Assembly (NCBI RefSeq): GCF_025526975.1 | Contig: NW_026515687.1 | Location: 496,001 to 560,000, forward strand | Length of the DNA stretch: 64,000 nt | Origin: Fimicolochytrium jonesii | Lineage: Eukaryota | Reading direction: 5' to 3' | In this document: positions 1-23,919 of the stretch, piece after piece | How positions within the stretch are numbered: position 1 is the first letter of the stretch | Layout: each line of letters opens with the position of its first letter | Made by a program: the position numbers and the translations under genes | Notes under the pieces: generated by a model | Databases searched by the model: none | Seen by the model: the letters and a program-made list of their open reading frames with translations, nothing else | Told to the model about the DNA's origin: nothing

Positions 1-8124
<8,124 letters not shown>

Positions 8125-8634
8125 GGGCTGATGCAGGCTGCCGATTATTTGTAGAATTTGTATATTTAGTAGAGTAGACATAGAGCCGCTAAACCAAATA
8201 GGCGCGGAAGAATATAGTGCGGTGCGCCGCATTTGCACAGCTCTCAGCAGGGAACAAAATGCTCGGTGTTGTCGGATCTGCTTCTAAAATGGGTCGATTT
8301 ACGCTTAACTTTCTCGCCTCTCCTAGCTTTCTTCGGAGATTTCTTGTACACTTTCCTTCTTTTTGGTTTTTCTCGCCTCCGCAATTGACAGCGAAGGCGC
8401 GCACTTTATGCAGATGGGGATTTACATGCAGAAGGGCATAGGGATGTGGCTGGTAGAACCAATCTTCTAATGCGCCCCTGGGTACGCTCCGATTTCTCAG
8501 GGCTTTTCAACGTCGGTCTCCCTTGCACAATCGAGCAATCCATCCGGCTGTGCTTTGCGATTACTCGCAAACAGAAATCCTAGATAGATTCGAGGAGCTC
8601 CATTTCGCATATACCCCTCTCGAACCACACAAAC

Positions 8635-10116
8635 ATGGCTGACGACAGTACGGCCACTGCGAAGCTCCCGAAGGTGTCGGATGGGCGTAATGTCATCTCT
8701 CCCGAGCCCGGGGAATCGAAGGAAATCCCCATCGCCGCAAGGCTGAAAGGTGGGGTCAAGACTATTAGGCTAACTTTCATTCCTCCGTTGTGAGGTACAA
8801 CTGTCATCTTATCAAATGCTGTATTGTCATAGGGCCTGGTCCGGCGGCTTATGGTCTGCCATCGTAAGTTTCAGCACCTTTGCAATTTGCATGGCGCTGA
8901 ATGCATATCGACTAATCATGCATTCCTTGTTCTGATTTGCAGTACGCTCGGAGTGAGCGAACCAACGATCAAAAGAGCTCCTGCATATTCCTTTGGAGTG
9001 AAACTCAAGTACGAGCGACGTAAGTAGCGCCCGAACACTCGATTCCCTGTCGATCATGACCCCTCCCATGCTGAGCGATGATATGCCCGGTCAGCAGAGG
9101 TTCGGGCGACACCTGGACCGAACGCATTCTTCCCGCAAACCACTAGGGTCGGGCGCTCGAAAGGCCCTGCGTTCTCGTTGCAAGGGGGATATAAGAAGAG
9201 AACTACCGGAGGTGAGCAGAGCTTCGAGTCGGGGAGCAATCCACGCTCCCATCGGAACTAAAGAATTCGTACTTTTATCTACAGGCGATTTTGATACACC
9301 GGGTTGGAATCTGGGGCTGTCTTCATGCCTATGAGCGGACACATTATGCTGAGGCTCCCATTTTTTTTAGGTCCCGGGAAGTACAACCCCACATACGTCG
9401 CCGGGCGGGAGCCCAAGGCCCCCGCGTACAGCATGGGAGGCCGGCGTAGCGCAAGGATGACCAACGAAAATCCGGGACCTGCCCAATACAACGTTGCTGC
9501 TACTCTGGGTTTGCATCCGGCGATCACGATCACGGCTGCTGCTGCGTTCACTATCAAGCCTCCGCGACCCACGAAATGTAGGAGTTCTTGTCTCGAGTCG
9601 CTTTTGCTTACCATCAAATTGAACAGGATACTGACAGCTGCTTTCGATTCTCGTTCGCAGTGGAATCGAACTCGCCCGGACCTGCTGCGTACTCCTCGTT
9701 GGATCCCGCCAAGATCAAAAAATCGGCCCCGGCTTACTCACTCGGCTCGAGATGGCATAACCCGACCAATAGCCCGTTTGGAGAAGCGAGCGGTGAGTTT
9801 GCAGTGCACTATCAACAATGTATTGCGCATTGGCAACTTACGCTTCATGTCACAAATTAGAAACGTTTGAACTGCGAACAGCCAGCGGAAAGACTCTGAG
9901 GACGGTGACCCCCGGTCCGGGACAATGTACGTAATTCTGCAGCTATGACTGGTCCGTGCAACGGGGTGAACGGGCGCTAACTGTTTTCTACGCTCGACAG
10001 ACTCGCCCAACGTAATCTTCAGCAAAACCGCTATGCCACAATTCTCTTTCCGATGCAAGCACTCTGAATTCGAGCTCTTCGTCCCCGACTCTTCCCAAGA
10101 CGAGTTCATCTTCTAA
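8635..10116 (+). CDS. ODF3/SHIPPO-1-like axonemal protein with PGP repeats, multi-exon
   Basis: ATG at 8635 (MADDSTATAK). Repeated PGPxxY..APAYSF/M/L units across short exons (GPGPAAYGLP, PGPGKYNP..KAPAYSMG, PGPAQYNV, SPGPAAYS..SAPAYSLG, TPGPGQY). Last exon ends PQFSFRCKHSEFELFVPDSSQDEFIF* at 10116. Confidence 0.8.
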
Positions 10117-10597
10117 GTAGTTTGGGGGGCTGTGCCATGGGTTGCTAAGCCAGGGGAAGCTCATCACACCAGTAGAATCGCGCAGGGGAGCTGCGAAGGA
10201 GGCTGCTTTATCATAAATAGGCTTTTGGGGACAGAGATATGCGAGATCACTATGGCTAGGCTAAATGAATAATCCCTTGAATACATTGACTGATCCGAAA
10301 AATCCCGATGGGCTGGGCTTACGTAGCCGTAATTTAAGTGAAACGCGCGTAGCCGACTTCTCGGTAACGCAAATGTGGCCTGAAAGCAGGCTGCTGAACA
10401 GAAAAGCTATGATTTGATTGTCGCTCATAAAAGGCAGCATGTTTTCGTTCCGCTACTTCAAAGTTGTGATGGAGCCCATGCACCGGAAAGGAATTACTGG
10501 GAATGCTTATAGTTATGCTAGTATGAAAGGGAGTCTAAACTCTGCCCATTCTCAGCTGCTTTGCTACCATCCCAGTTCAACGCTTTTCTGTTCCGTG

Positions 10598-12193
10598 CTA
10601 TTGCCCGGCGCCGGTGCCTTTGCTCGGACGCCTCCCTCCAGAACCCCTACCGAGACGTTGATGAATTTCTTGCCCTTCCTTCAAGGCCTGAACCGCCGGC
10701 AGCAGCACATCGTCACTCTGCTCACGCTCCACGACGTTCTTGCTTGGACGTCTCCCGACGGAGGACCTCGGAGAAGACTTGGGACTGCCTTGATGCAGAT
10801 ACTCCCGTCCATCTTTCAAAGCCTGGAGAGCCGTCGCAAAATCGTCGTCTTTTGAAAACGATGACTGGCGCTCCAAGGCACTCTTGCTTGGCTGTCTGCC
10901 GATGGATGAACTCCGACTGCCTGCGCGTCGATATCCCCGCCCATCTTTCACAGTCTCCGCAGCAAGGGTATCCTCACTTTTACGCAAATGCTCGCGCTCG
11001 GCGGCCAGGGAGAGCGAGTCGCGGCCTTCCGAATACGGCACCATGCCCTCGGAGAGGTATGAGAGGTCGTCGAGGAAGTGCGCAGGGGTCATTGGCGAGA
11101 AGGCCGAGTTGACGGGGCTCATGGCCGGTGACGACGGTTGTCGAGGAACGCGGAGTCTCTCAAGGGGCATACGTGTTTCTACCGGAGAAAACCTGTAACG
11201 CATTTGCAGCCCGAATTCGGAAGCGTCGGTGAACACTTTGGTAGCGCGACGTTGTACCTCGACCGCAAGGGCTGTGGCGCTTGCGGCGAATGGGACGTGG
11301 CTCTTTATCTGCCCGGAGAGTTTACGTGCCCAGCTGTGCAGCGCGTGGTCCGTGTGCCGTTGCTCCGGCAGGAATGCAAGCACGATGAACGGAATCATTA
11401 GGCGCACGAAAATGTGCAGTCTGCTAAAGTTGGTGATGAAGAAGAAAAGGATCCCCACGTTCGCGCAGAATAGACCGAACTTGCTGTGGACTATGCAGTA
11501 GGACAAGATCTTTTTCTTGAGCACCAAGGAGTCCACCCCTTGTGGTGCGAGTTTGAGGAAGACGATAGACGCGAGGACAACGGTGTTCAACAGGGTACCG
11601 AAGCGGTAGACGTAGTTGGCGTACGTGAACATGCCGATATGCTGGTATTGTGTGAACATGAACATCCCCCCAATGAGGACGGAAAGGTGGTGAAGGTAGC
11701 CGAGGCTGTTGAGCTCGTAGGTGCCCATTTCATAGACTACAAGTAGACGATCACATTGATATCATTAGTTGAGAGCACGACATCTTGGAACTCCAGCACA
11801 CACCCCTTACTTATCATGCCCGTGTACAAAGCAGTAGTGTAAATGTTGATATGGTGCCATTGCAGCGAGCATCTGCAGTAGCAGGTTAGAACATAGAACA
11901 TCGAAGTCTTTCGTCGAGCAAACATCTCTGGGCTTACCGGTGCAAATCAAACCAGTTGTTGACGGTCTCAATACTGTTGTATCCATCGCGGCAAGCATCG
12001 CTAGACGGACGGGGACGAAGGCGGCATATTTGATGCCTATCGTGCGATCCTGCTGTTGAGACCCATTGGAGGGTATGATACGATTGAATGCGCGAGTGAC
12101 CAATCCCAGGGCTGGAACGATGCAAAGGATAATCAGGATAAGCCCGGATGGGGGCGTTACATCCGCCGGTAAAAGTGTAGGTGGGACTGTCAT
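10598..12193 (-). CDS. Multi-pass membrane protein with Ser/Arg-rich repeated C-terminal tail
   Basis: ORFs 11807-12193 and 10598-11728 contain several hydrophobic helices, then a hydrophilic tail with repeats (GRQPSK/GRRPSK...ALQALKDG/AVQALKEG). Exon structure is approximate. Confidence 0.55.
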
Positions 12194-12891
12194 GCTTCCG
12201 CTTTCTGTCTCGCTGAAGCACCCTCGCGGTGGACTGATGTAGGGCTCCTTGGGTTTTGCAATGCGTCCTACAGGGCGGCCCGCTGCTGGACTCGGCTTAA
12301 ATAGAGGAATACAATCTTAAGCGAACCCCATGGATTTCGAAGCAGAGGCATGCAACAAACACTGCACATGTCCTTGTACGAGAGACACTTCCGTTGAGAA
12401 ACGTGGCGTGCATCAGACACCCGCGGGAAAGCGCTCAACAACCGACCCACAGATGAGGCATCTCGGATGATTGGACGTCATTCTGGTGGGTCTATGATGC
12501 GCATTCACATGCTCCATTACCGGCAGATGCATCTAGGACGAGGAAGGAGGTAAGTGAGAAAAGAGCGGATGCTTAGGGCGACGGCGGGATCCCAGAGCCA
12601 GACATGCCTCCTAGTTTCCACCTGTGTGGGAAACTCCCCAACTGCTTTTAGCCCCCCCTTCGTTTCTAGCCCTCGAATGTGGGCAGGGAAGGCGGGTGTC
12701 TGCGTTGCTAATTTGGTTAACAGTTTGTGCGCTGTCCCGCCGAAAAACACGGCGGGAAAAGCGTCAAATACTGTCATTCCTATGGCCCCCCTGTTCCCGT
12801 AACGGGTCTGGACTCTGGAGAAGCGAGGAGCTAGGAAAAAAACATGGACCCTTTGTTCCCAAACCTGCTTTGTCAAAGCTAAGGTCCGATA

Positions 12892-13870
12892 TTGGGTAGA
12901 TATAGACGTAGTCTTGTGGCCCCCGGCGTAGTTACGACAACCAGCTTCGTCCTTCTTTCCTCCAGAATACCACTGCAGCGCATATACTACATCCATATTG
13001 TACTTGCACTTAAGTGCGTGTGTTTTCAAGCTCAATACAACTGCCCTTCCTGGCTCTTTTTCACGTCCGCGATTGCAATCACTACCGCCATGGCGTCACA
13101 GTACACTATACGGTGCACCACGTCCGTCCCGTGGCAAGCGACCAGGCGTGCCTCCACGTACGTCTTGGGCCTCTTAGCTGAGCAGGATCCGGAAAAAGCA
13201 GTTCTTGACCGACTAGGAATCCATTCATGGACGAACATTTACAAGAACAGCACCATGGAAGCAACGTATGAGACCTTCGTTTGTATAGCGACCACTGTGT
13301 GATCCTAATGTTATCTTGAGAGAACAGGTATAGGGATTATTGCCAGTCACAGACTCTGCTAACGAACATCGTTATCCTCAGTAAGATGCGCCTTCTCTTT
13401 TTCGGCTGGTGAAACATCCAGACGTATGCGAACTCATCAACTTCGTCTCGTCTTACAGCTGTTTGCGGTATCATGACTATCGGCAACTCGGTCCCGCAGA
13501 TCACGCATACTCTGCCTGAGCGGCAGGGCCTACTCCTTGGAATCAATATTGCAATTAGTACGACGTTTCAATCCCTACTGTCATGCCCAATGCTTTGTTC
13601 TTATCCATCTCCTTCTCATAGAATGGTGTCATACTCGCCGCCGCCATCTTCGCATCCTTCGTCTCCCTACGTCGATCATCCTCTCGCTGTGTATCAGCTA
13701 CCACCCTGTCGCGCGGAGTGGCATTGTGGGGATCGGCGTTCCTCGCGACATCATTTGTCATCAACTTCATCGTTTCCGATCGGAAGAAGCTGTTTGCCAG
13801 CGAGAACGACGTGGAAACATACAACAGGAAGTTTCTCCTGCCGAGCTCATCATCACTTGGAATATTTTAA
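12892..13870 (+). CDS. Fragments of a multi-pass membrane protein, probably upstream exons of the 14172 ORF (or a degenerate gene)
   Basis: Hydrophobic segments in several frames. WTNIYKNSTMEATYETF and LFASENDVETYNRKF resemble the WNQRYADEAEEKRFQAYF segment of the downstream ORF. Confidence 0.35.
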
Positions 13871-14171
13871 TGACGTTTGCATGCCTGGTATGACCAATCC
13901 TCGTTCCTACGTGCGTGGCACTCGGCTCCTTGCTGATCGCCGCCCACGTTTCCTTGATAGTTTCATGATAAATTGGTGTGCCATCTCGTGTATCTACTCG
14001 GGTGCCGAATATTGTTGCGCTCCGCAATTTGTCGGGGAATCTTTGTGCGCGGAGATTACGAAAACATCATTCAGCTGGTGCTGAGTAGCGGGGGGCTGTT
14101 CACTATCTTCAAAAGAGATAGAATGACAAGGGTTTCCTACGGTCTCAATCAGATCAATCAGAGAAGGAAAT

Positions 14172-15128
14172 TTGCGAGCGTCGGATTCCATGGAAGAAGG
14201 ACTAAATCGAAAGCCCAGGACGCTGTTGAACAGATATAAAAAATTATGGAACCAGCGTTACGCAGATGAAGCGGAGGAGAAGAGGTTCCAAGCTTACTTT
14301 TCCGATTTGTCGCGGAAGCACTTCCGATTTAGTTGCATCACGACAATCTGCTCGGCCTTAACCTCGGGACTCTCGCTGCTCGTACATGCGCAGGAGCCGG
14401 GAACGAACGGCTTCAGCGAAATCAGCATTTGGGCGGACGCGGCCGCAATCATTATCATTGTTGCGTGCGCTGCGGGAATCGCCATTGCGTTCGTCGACCG
14501 GCTAGGATCTAAGATGCCCACATTCCAGCAGCTGTCGATTGTGACAATATACGCAGTGATCAAGGCATGCTCAGTCGTCCTGGTCTTCGAGACCTTCACT
14601 CTCATCGATCGCCATCGTGATATCCCTGAGGGCTCGGACACCTTCGTGTGGAACGCCGCCATCTCCGCACGGACGTTTCTTTACAGCTCAGGCACAGCCC
14701 TCTACGGATCCGACTGTCTCCGCAGCCACTTCGGACTGATGTGCGCCTCGATCGACCTGATCGCGGCGATCGTCGTGTTCTCGAAGAAACGGAATGTGGA
14801 TTGCTTGCTTTTCTTTATCGTGCATCTGACGATGGTCGCGGGACCCGGCCTGGCGATCGCTCCTTCGGGGGAGAAGACTCGGCGGGCGTATTATCGTGCG
14901 ATGTACCTTGGTAACACGACCAAGGCAGGGGACGGTACCGATGTCAAGGGAGACGGGCTGGACGCGACTGCTGCTGGCGGACATAATATCGAACTGGCCT
15001 TGACGCGCGTGTCAGCTAGCAGGAGCCTACATCGGTTGGGCAGCATCAGGGAAACGGCGATAGTTGACACCGAGGATGATGTCGGGGTGTCTGGCGAGGC
15101 GCCGCGTCTCGATCTGGAGGCTGTTTGA
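14172..15128 (+). CDS. Multi-pass (about 6 TM) membrane protein
   Basis: 318-aa ORF with about six hydrophobic helices preceded by LWNQRYADEAEEKRFQAYF. Confidence 0.6.
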   Translation: MRASDSMEEGLNRKPRTLLNRYKKLWNQRYADEAEEKRFQAYFSDLSRKHFRFSCITTICSALTSGLSLLVHAQEPGTNGFSEISIWADAAAIIIIVACAAGIAIAFVDRLGSKMPTFQQLSIVTIYAVIKACSVVLVFETFTLIDRHRDIPEGSDTFVWNAAISARTFLYSSGTALYGSDCLRSHFGLMCASIDLIAAIVVFSKKRNVDCLLFFIVHLTMVAGPGLAIAPSGEKTRRAYYRAMYLGNTTKAGDGTDVKGDGLDATAAGGHNIELALTRVSASRSLHRLGSIRETAIVDTEDDVGVSGEAPRLDLEAV

Positions 15129-17199
15129 TGTACATACGGAGGGGGGTAACAACGCTGAAACAGAGCCCATACTGCAAGATAGACCTCGATCTGCGCCTTA
15201 CAACACTATACATGAAATCTTATTGAACTCAGTTCGAATCCCTGAGAAGCTTATCGGCACGACCTGGCCTCAAATACCGGGACGATGTCAAACATACGAA
15301 AAGCGAAGGCTTTACGGAGGAGTTTACCATGCGGCGCGCGAATGGGACATCTGGACGCCCGTCCTTAATATTCTGTTGGCCTGATGTCACCACAATATCC
15401 GTTTATTTTGTCTTGTCTTAGATTAGATGTCACGACTATCCCGCTCGGGTGAAGCAGATATATCCACTTCGTATACCCAATACATCTAGGGAACAAAACA
15501 CGTTGATTAACAATAGCCTTACAGCATGTTATCCCCTTTTGCGAAAAGTATCAGTTAGGCTCGAAGACCACCGCATACGCGAGCACGGCAGTGTTGTGTT
15601 CCCAGTTGACTTGCAATATTCCCACAGTTTCCCACGGCGTTATCAATCATCAGATTCTTTAATGTTGCTCACAGTCATGTCTCAAAAACGTCTTCCCACG
15701 CAAGGCGCCAGCCCGTTTCCTGCCGGAGACTACCATTTCCATCGGATGGTAGGTGATGGCCGCCGTTCTTGTGCAATGCACCGTTATGTGTACTGCTGTC
15801 TTTCTGTCTTTACCCTTCACTCGTTCCATGCGCACTCTCTCTTTCTAGATGTTGCGACACCCGGTGCCAATATGCCCGCGCGTATAAGGTCCCTTTAGGG
15901 GCTCGCAGTACGATTGCAAACCGCTAACAACAACTGTCGTTGAAGTTGGAGTCCACGGTTTTCGCACCCCTACAATTAGATTACATGCAAAATAATCAAA
16001 GCCCTTTTGGGTCAAAAGATATCCCTTCCTTTCATCTCCGGTGAACGGCATCAGCATACCAGGATTGCTGAATAAATTCATTTGACGAAGCTGGGTGTTG
16101 AGCGGGATTGGGTGACGTAAGCAACGACAGCGCGAACCCGTCAGTGTGATGTGCACGGAACGCCTACTCCTCGGCTCCGGCTCATTCCCCACGAAAATGA
16201 AAGGAGCCTTTTCATGCGGAGATTCGGAGGCCAATTGAGGAGACAACCCTGCCAAAGGACCGAACCATGTACTGTACAGTTCGGGGTCCGCGACGTCGAT
16301 TTACAGCCCGGTCACGATTCGGGTTGCTATGCGCGTTCATGGGAGACGGTAGCCGCGGGCGCAGTGTTTCGGTCCGGCGCGATCTCCATCGACTCCATCC
16401 GCCGTTCCTCGTCGCGCATCGTGCTGGGGCGGGGAAGAATCGAGGCGGTATTTCCGAACGGTCAGGATGGCGTGCGAGGCGAGGTGCGGGGGAAAGGGGA
16501 GGGGGGGATGCGCCTGCGTCTGCGGGTGTCGTCCGTATCGGTGTTGAACGGACGGAGTATGCGGCGGAAGTCGGTCGCACACGCAGCCGCGGACGACGGT
16601 CCCGAGGACGCTGGTGGTGGATAGTTCCGTGACGGATAGGAAGCGTGCGGGAACGTGCCCAAAAATTCATACTGTATTGATCCTACGTGACGGACTTTTG
16701 ATCTTTACGGGGTAGCACAGGTAGACTATAGCCCTTAAGACGTGTACTCTCATAATGCGTATGTTGAGGGGCCGTCTTCAGATGAGAGGCAGCGACGGTT
16801 CCACCCATGTTTCAGGGGGCAAAGGATTGGAAGCAAGGACAAGGAGAGTAAACTTTAAAGTTTCGTCGGAAACCCGCACTCCAAGAACCTTTTCAGCATG
16901 ACCCGATGTCGATGAAATGAAAGAGCGAGGTGGGAAAGAAAACCCCTTCACCGTCCTCCAAACCAAATGCCGATATTGCAAAAGAAAACATGAGTATAGC
17001 AACAAAAAAAATAGGAAGGCACAGAAATATCGCCCGACTACAGCCCACATAAAAGAAGGGGGGAAAAAAAACGTCCCTTGGCCAAACAGATGTATGTAAA
17101 AACGGGAATCTCCAATTCTCCATATCCCTCGCCTACACGATCGTTGGGACACGCTCCCACCTCTTCGCTCGCTTCCCCCGGCTCCCTCCCACCCCACCT

Positions 17200-20322
<3,123 letters not shown>

Positions 20323-21153
20323 ATCCTTCCGAAAGTGCAGAGTAGTCTGCTTCTTTAAGCCCAGCGGGAGTCGTTACTTCGAGGGTTTAAGCTTGTCCTC
20401 AGTGGCTATTGATGAAGTAGTCGGTTGTTCACTCTCGCAAGTCGTAATGAAAGAGTTGCGGCAAGGATGAGTGAGCGAATAATACGTATGTAATAGAGCG
20501 ACTCTGCAAACAGCCCGACCGACAAGAGTGACAGAATACAGCCGAGGGGTTTGCGGGCGTTTGCTGCTGTCTTTAGTATGGTATTACTGTAATAAGTGGG
20601 GCCAATGTGCTGCCTCTCTGTGCCTGTGTGAATTTGAAGAGCGGCGAGTTGTTGCAAGCCAAGGCCCTTGAAGGCGCCTCGGGTACAGTCATCTCGCAGA
20701 AAGCGGTGCACCCCCTCCAATGGAAATCAAAGTCGGTCACGCACGTGCATTTGGCGTCGCGGGAGTCGCTGATTTTTTCCACGGGGGTGCACAGCCTTTA
20801 TAAGGCGGAAATGGTCGGATTCCATCCATGTCATTATGTCGATCACAGGCGGGCGCTCGGCAAATCCATCATCATCCATCATCATCAAGAGGGAGAGAGA
20901 GAGAGAGGGAGAGGCTATGGGTGTGGGCGGGTGGCGCAGCGAAACTCGGATTCCACCCGCCTCCTGACGCTCCCCGACTTCCCGGAACTGGGGCGGCGAC
21001 TCATCCTGACTCACACTCCATTGGCGCCACTGCAAGCCACAAACAAAGCCACTACTCCGTCTCTCGGCAACGTCAACGCCAATTCGCCCTGTTGCAAAAC
21101 GGGCATCCCGGCAACCCACCCACGACCCACTACACCCCATACCCTACACAGCA

Positions 21154-22071
21154 AGTAAGTGGCGAGAGACTAACAGCGTCTCCTCTAGTTCAGTCCCGGG
21201 CGTCGTGCTGAAGAAAGCGCTCGAATGATGTTGCACATCGGACGGAAGTCGGGCATAGTCGGGGAGTCTTCTCGTGCCCCTGCAAGTCACCGAGGAGGAG
21301 GAGGACGAACGACGAAGGGCGGAGCCAGCGACGGGGGAGGAGAAGGGGGACGGGACGTGGGAACACACCAAGGAGACCGTCACCGTCCCCAATACATGGG
21401 GACGGCCTACCACTATCGCTAGAAGATTACATGGATTCCAACCCGTTTGGAACAATTCGACTGACGATCTCGCCCTTCCCGCCCTCACTACGCAGTGGCC
21501 AGGAAAGCAAAAGCGAGGACGATCATCATGCGTCTCGTCAGTTCAGCGGGGACTGGCTTTTTCTACACAACGACTAAGCGCCGTGCGTTGCCGAAAATGT
21601 CACTCATGAAACATGATCCGATTGTTAACCGTCATGTCCTTTTTGTCGAGAGTAAGTTCGGGCCTATGGGAAGTGGGAGGGGGGCATTGGAGGGTGGGAG
21701 CAGGCGCGGAACGGATGTCGCGAAAGCGAGGGAGAGGGGGGTGGTTCGATAGCATGCAGCGATGGGCGCAGGAAGCAGGGCTGCTTGAGGGTTTCGAGCA
21801 ATGGCGAGGAGATTGCTTGGGCGAACACAGCGAAATCTGGAGCGAATGCCGACTGCGCCGGGCGAAGCGGGGAGCGGGGATGCTTATGGCAGGCGAGCCT
21901 TGGCTTAGCGGGCGTCAGCGAGCGTCAGACCATTTAGCAAGCAAAGCGAGCTAGGCTCCGCCGACCGCAACTCCACAGTAGGGTATCGGTCGTCCATCGC
22001 CCGACCATCCTTCCATTGCGAGCCGTTCTCTAACGGTATTTTCTCACGTCTTAATAGGCAAACAGAAATAG
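21154..22071 (+). CDS. MRPL33: Mitochondrial ribosomal protein bL33m, two introns
   Basis: Exon 21496-21651 encodes [41 protein letters not shown]. Start codon inferred as A(21154)|intron gtaagt..cag|TG. Last exon after taatag gives SKQK* at 22069-22071. Confidence 0.85.
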
Positions 22072-22869
22072 ATGGTGAAAAAGTACGGGCAATGGCGTTA
22101 TGGGCGATTGAACTCTAGCTAGACCCCAGCGTACTGCCACCCTCTCCGTCGACCACACCCGAACCCTATTCAGCATGCCCCCACTCGGTGCCGCATACCA
22201 CTTTCCCACACACGCGACATGTAACGCCCTCCCTTTTGGAACACACCGTCTCTCGATACAATCCGCTCTGAGAAATCGCGCACCCAACATTTTGGCTCAG
22301 TCCATTCCAAACGGCCATCACAGCGCTACCCGTCGGGGTTTCCGAACCATTCCTTCCACCAGTGTTGTCTTGATGTGGGGATGAGTTATGGGAGGCGAAC
22401 GACGCAATCGGAAACAGGGAATGGTGGGGAGGAGGGGGAGGAGGGGATGGGAAGCAACGTGCTGGCAAGCGGGAATCGCTTTCGCATTGGGTTTGAACAT
22501 ATTGGCACGGAGGTTGGAATGCGTATGGGAGGCACCAACCGCAATCTCCGCAATACACTGGGTGAATCTAAGCCCGTTAATCAAGAGGGTGAAGGGCCAG
22601 TGGTCTTTTCTGAATCGCAATGGGGGGTTATTGTTCAATCAGCGAAATGATGAGTTTGCTGGCATGTTTTGTATTATTATTCCTTCGGTTCGGGTCCTTT
22701 GCACAATGATGTCGAGCGAAAGTCGCGGGCGTGTTTGTGGGTGAAACCCCTCGCGTTCGACAGTCAACAAAAACCATTGAAACCCCGTCGTCCTTCTGCC
22801 CATTTCGCCAGCACAACCCATTACAGATCCCCCCCCCCCCCCCCCCCCCCCCCAATTTCCATCATCATC

Positions 22870-23577
22870 ATGCCCCCGCAATCCACAACCGGCGGCAAAA
22901 CCAAAACCCTCGGGCTCGGTCTCGGCAAAAAACCCTCGGCGGCGCACACGACGGGGGGCAAGAAACGCAGCATCCTGCAAGGCTCTGTCAACCCGCGCGG
23001 CGCCGGGGTCGCGGGCACGAAGCGGCACCGGAACATACTGCGGGACAATCTGCTGGGGGTTACGAAGCCGGCTATTCGGAGGCTGGCGAGGAGGGGGGGC
23101 GTTAAGCGGATGAGTATGAATATCTATCCTGGTGGGTTTTGGAAATGCAGGTCGAACACTTGGGCGGCGGCGAGATGTGCAGTGCGGGTGCTGACGACAG
23201 TACGGTTTTTTGCGCGGTGTAGAGGTCCGAGCTGTGCTGAAGAAGTTTTTGGAGAATATCTTGCATGGTACGTTTTCACCTTCCCCATTGGCCCCATGAG
23301 CTGGAATGAACCCCGAGTGCGTGCTCACGCCCCGTTTCATGTCTGGTATCGTAGACACGGTAGCGTACACGGAGCACCGCAAAGCCAAGACGGTGAGCGC
23401 CATGGACGTCGTTTATGCTTTGAAAAGGTGCGTTTGGGACGAAGACAAAAATCCCCATATTCCTCCTGTGCCTCGATCGGAAGAGTTGTGTCCTGATTCA
23501 ATACGCTATGTTCCATCCATGATGCGATTTGCACCTTGATTAGGCAAGGGCGCACCCTCTACGGCTTCGACACATGA
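22870..23577 (+). CDS. Divergent histone H4 variant, 3 introns
   Basis: Spliced core [87 protein letters not shown], with an extended non-canonical N-tail starting [12 protein letters not shown]. Confidence 0.92.
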
Positions 23578-23919
23578 GCAACCCCCGTCCTCGATCCGCA
23601 ACCACCACATCCCCCATCATGCCTTTACGCAACGATACTACCACAACCACCCAAAAGGAACAACAAAACCAATCCATTAACCCCCAAAACATAAACGATA
23701 TATCGTCAACCCCCGTCAAAACAAATCTATCTACCACCCTCGCTCACCAAACCCGAAATCCGAAACAGAAATAGTCACAAAAATGGGGAAAGGAGGGGGG
23801 TGTTTTTCGAGAAACGCCTGCTCATTACCAAAAAGACGAGATGAAAATATCTGGAGTAGGGGAAATGGGGGCTACGGAAGTGGGTGGGATATGTGTGATG
23901 GGGTGGGGATGTGGATGAA

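Noticed and set aside
15449..16670. Cluster of overlapping 120-157 aa ORFs
   Set aside because: No recognisable domain or consistent strand; a gene call cannot be supported.
21221..21467. Box C/D snoRNA in the L33 intron (ATGATG...CTGA)
   Set aside because: The C box is imperfect, the span is too long, and the CTGAC is better explained as the branch point about 30 nt before the acceptor.
22829..22853. Long poly-C/poly-G runs (also near 34366 and 40688)
   Set aside because: Simple homopolymers with unreliable length; no evidence of function.
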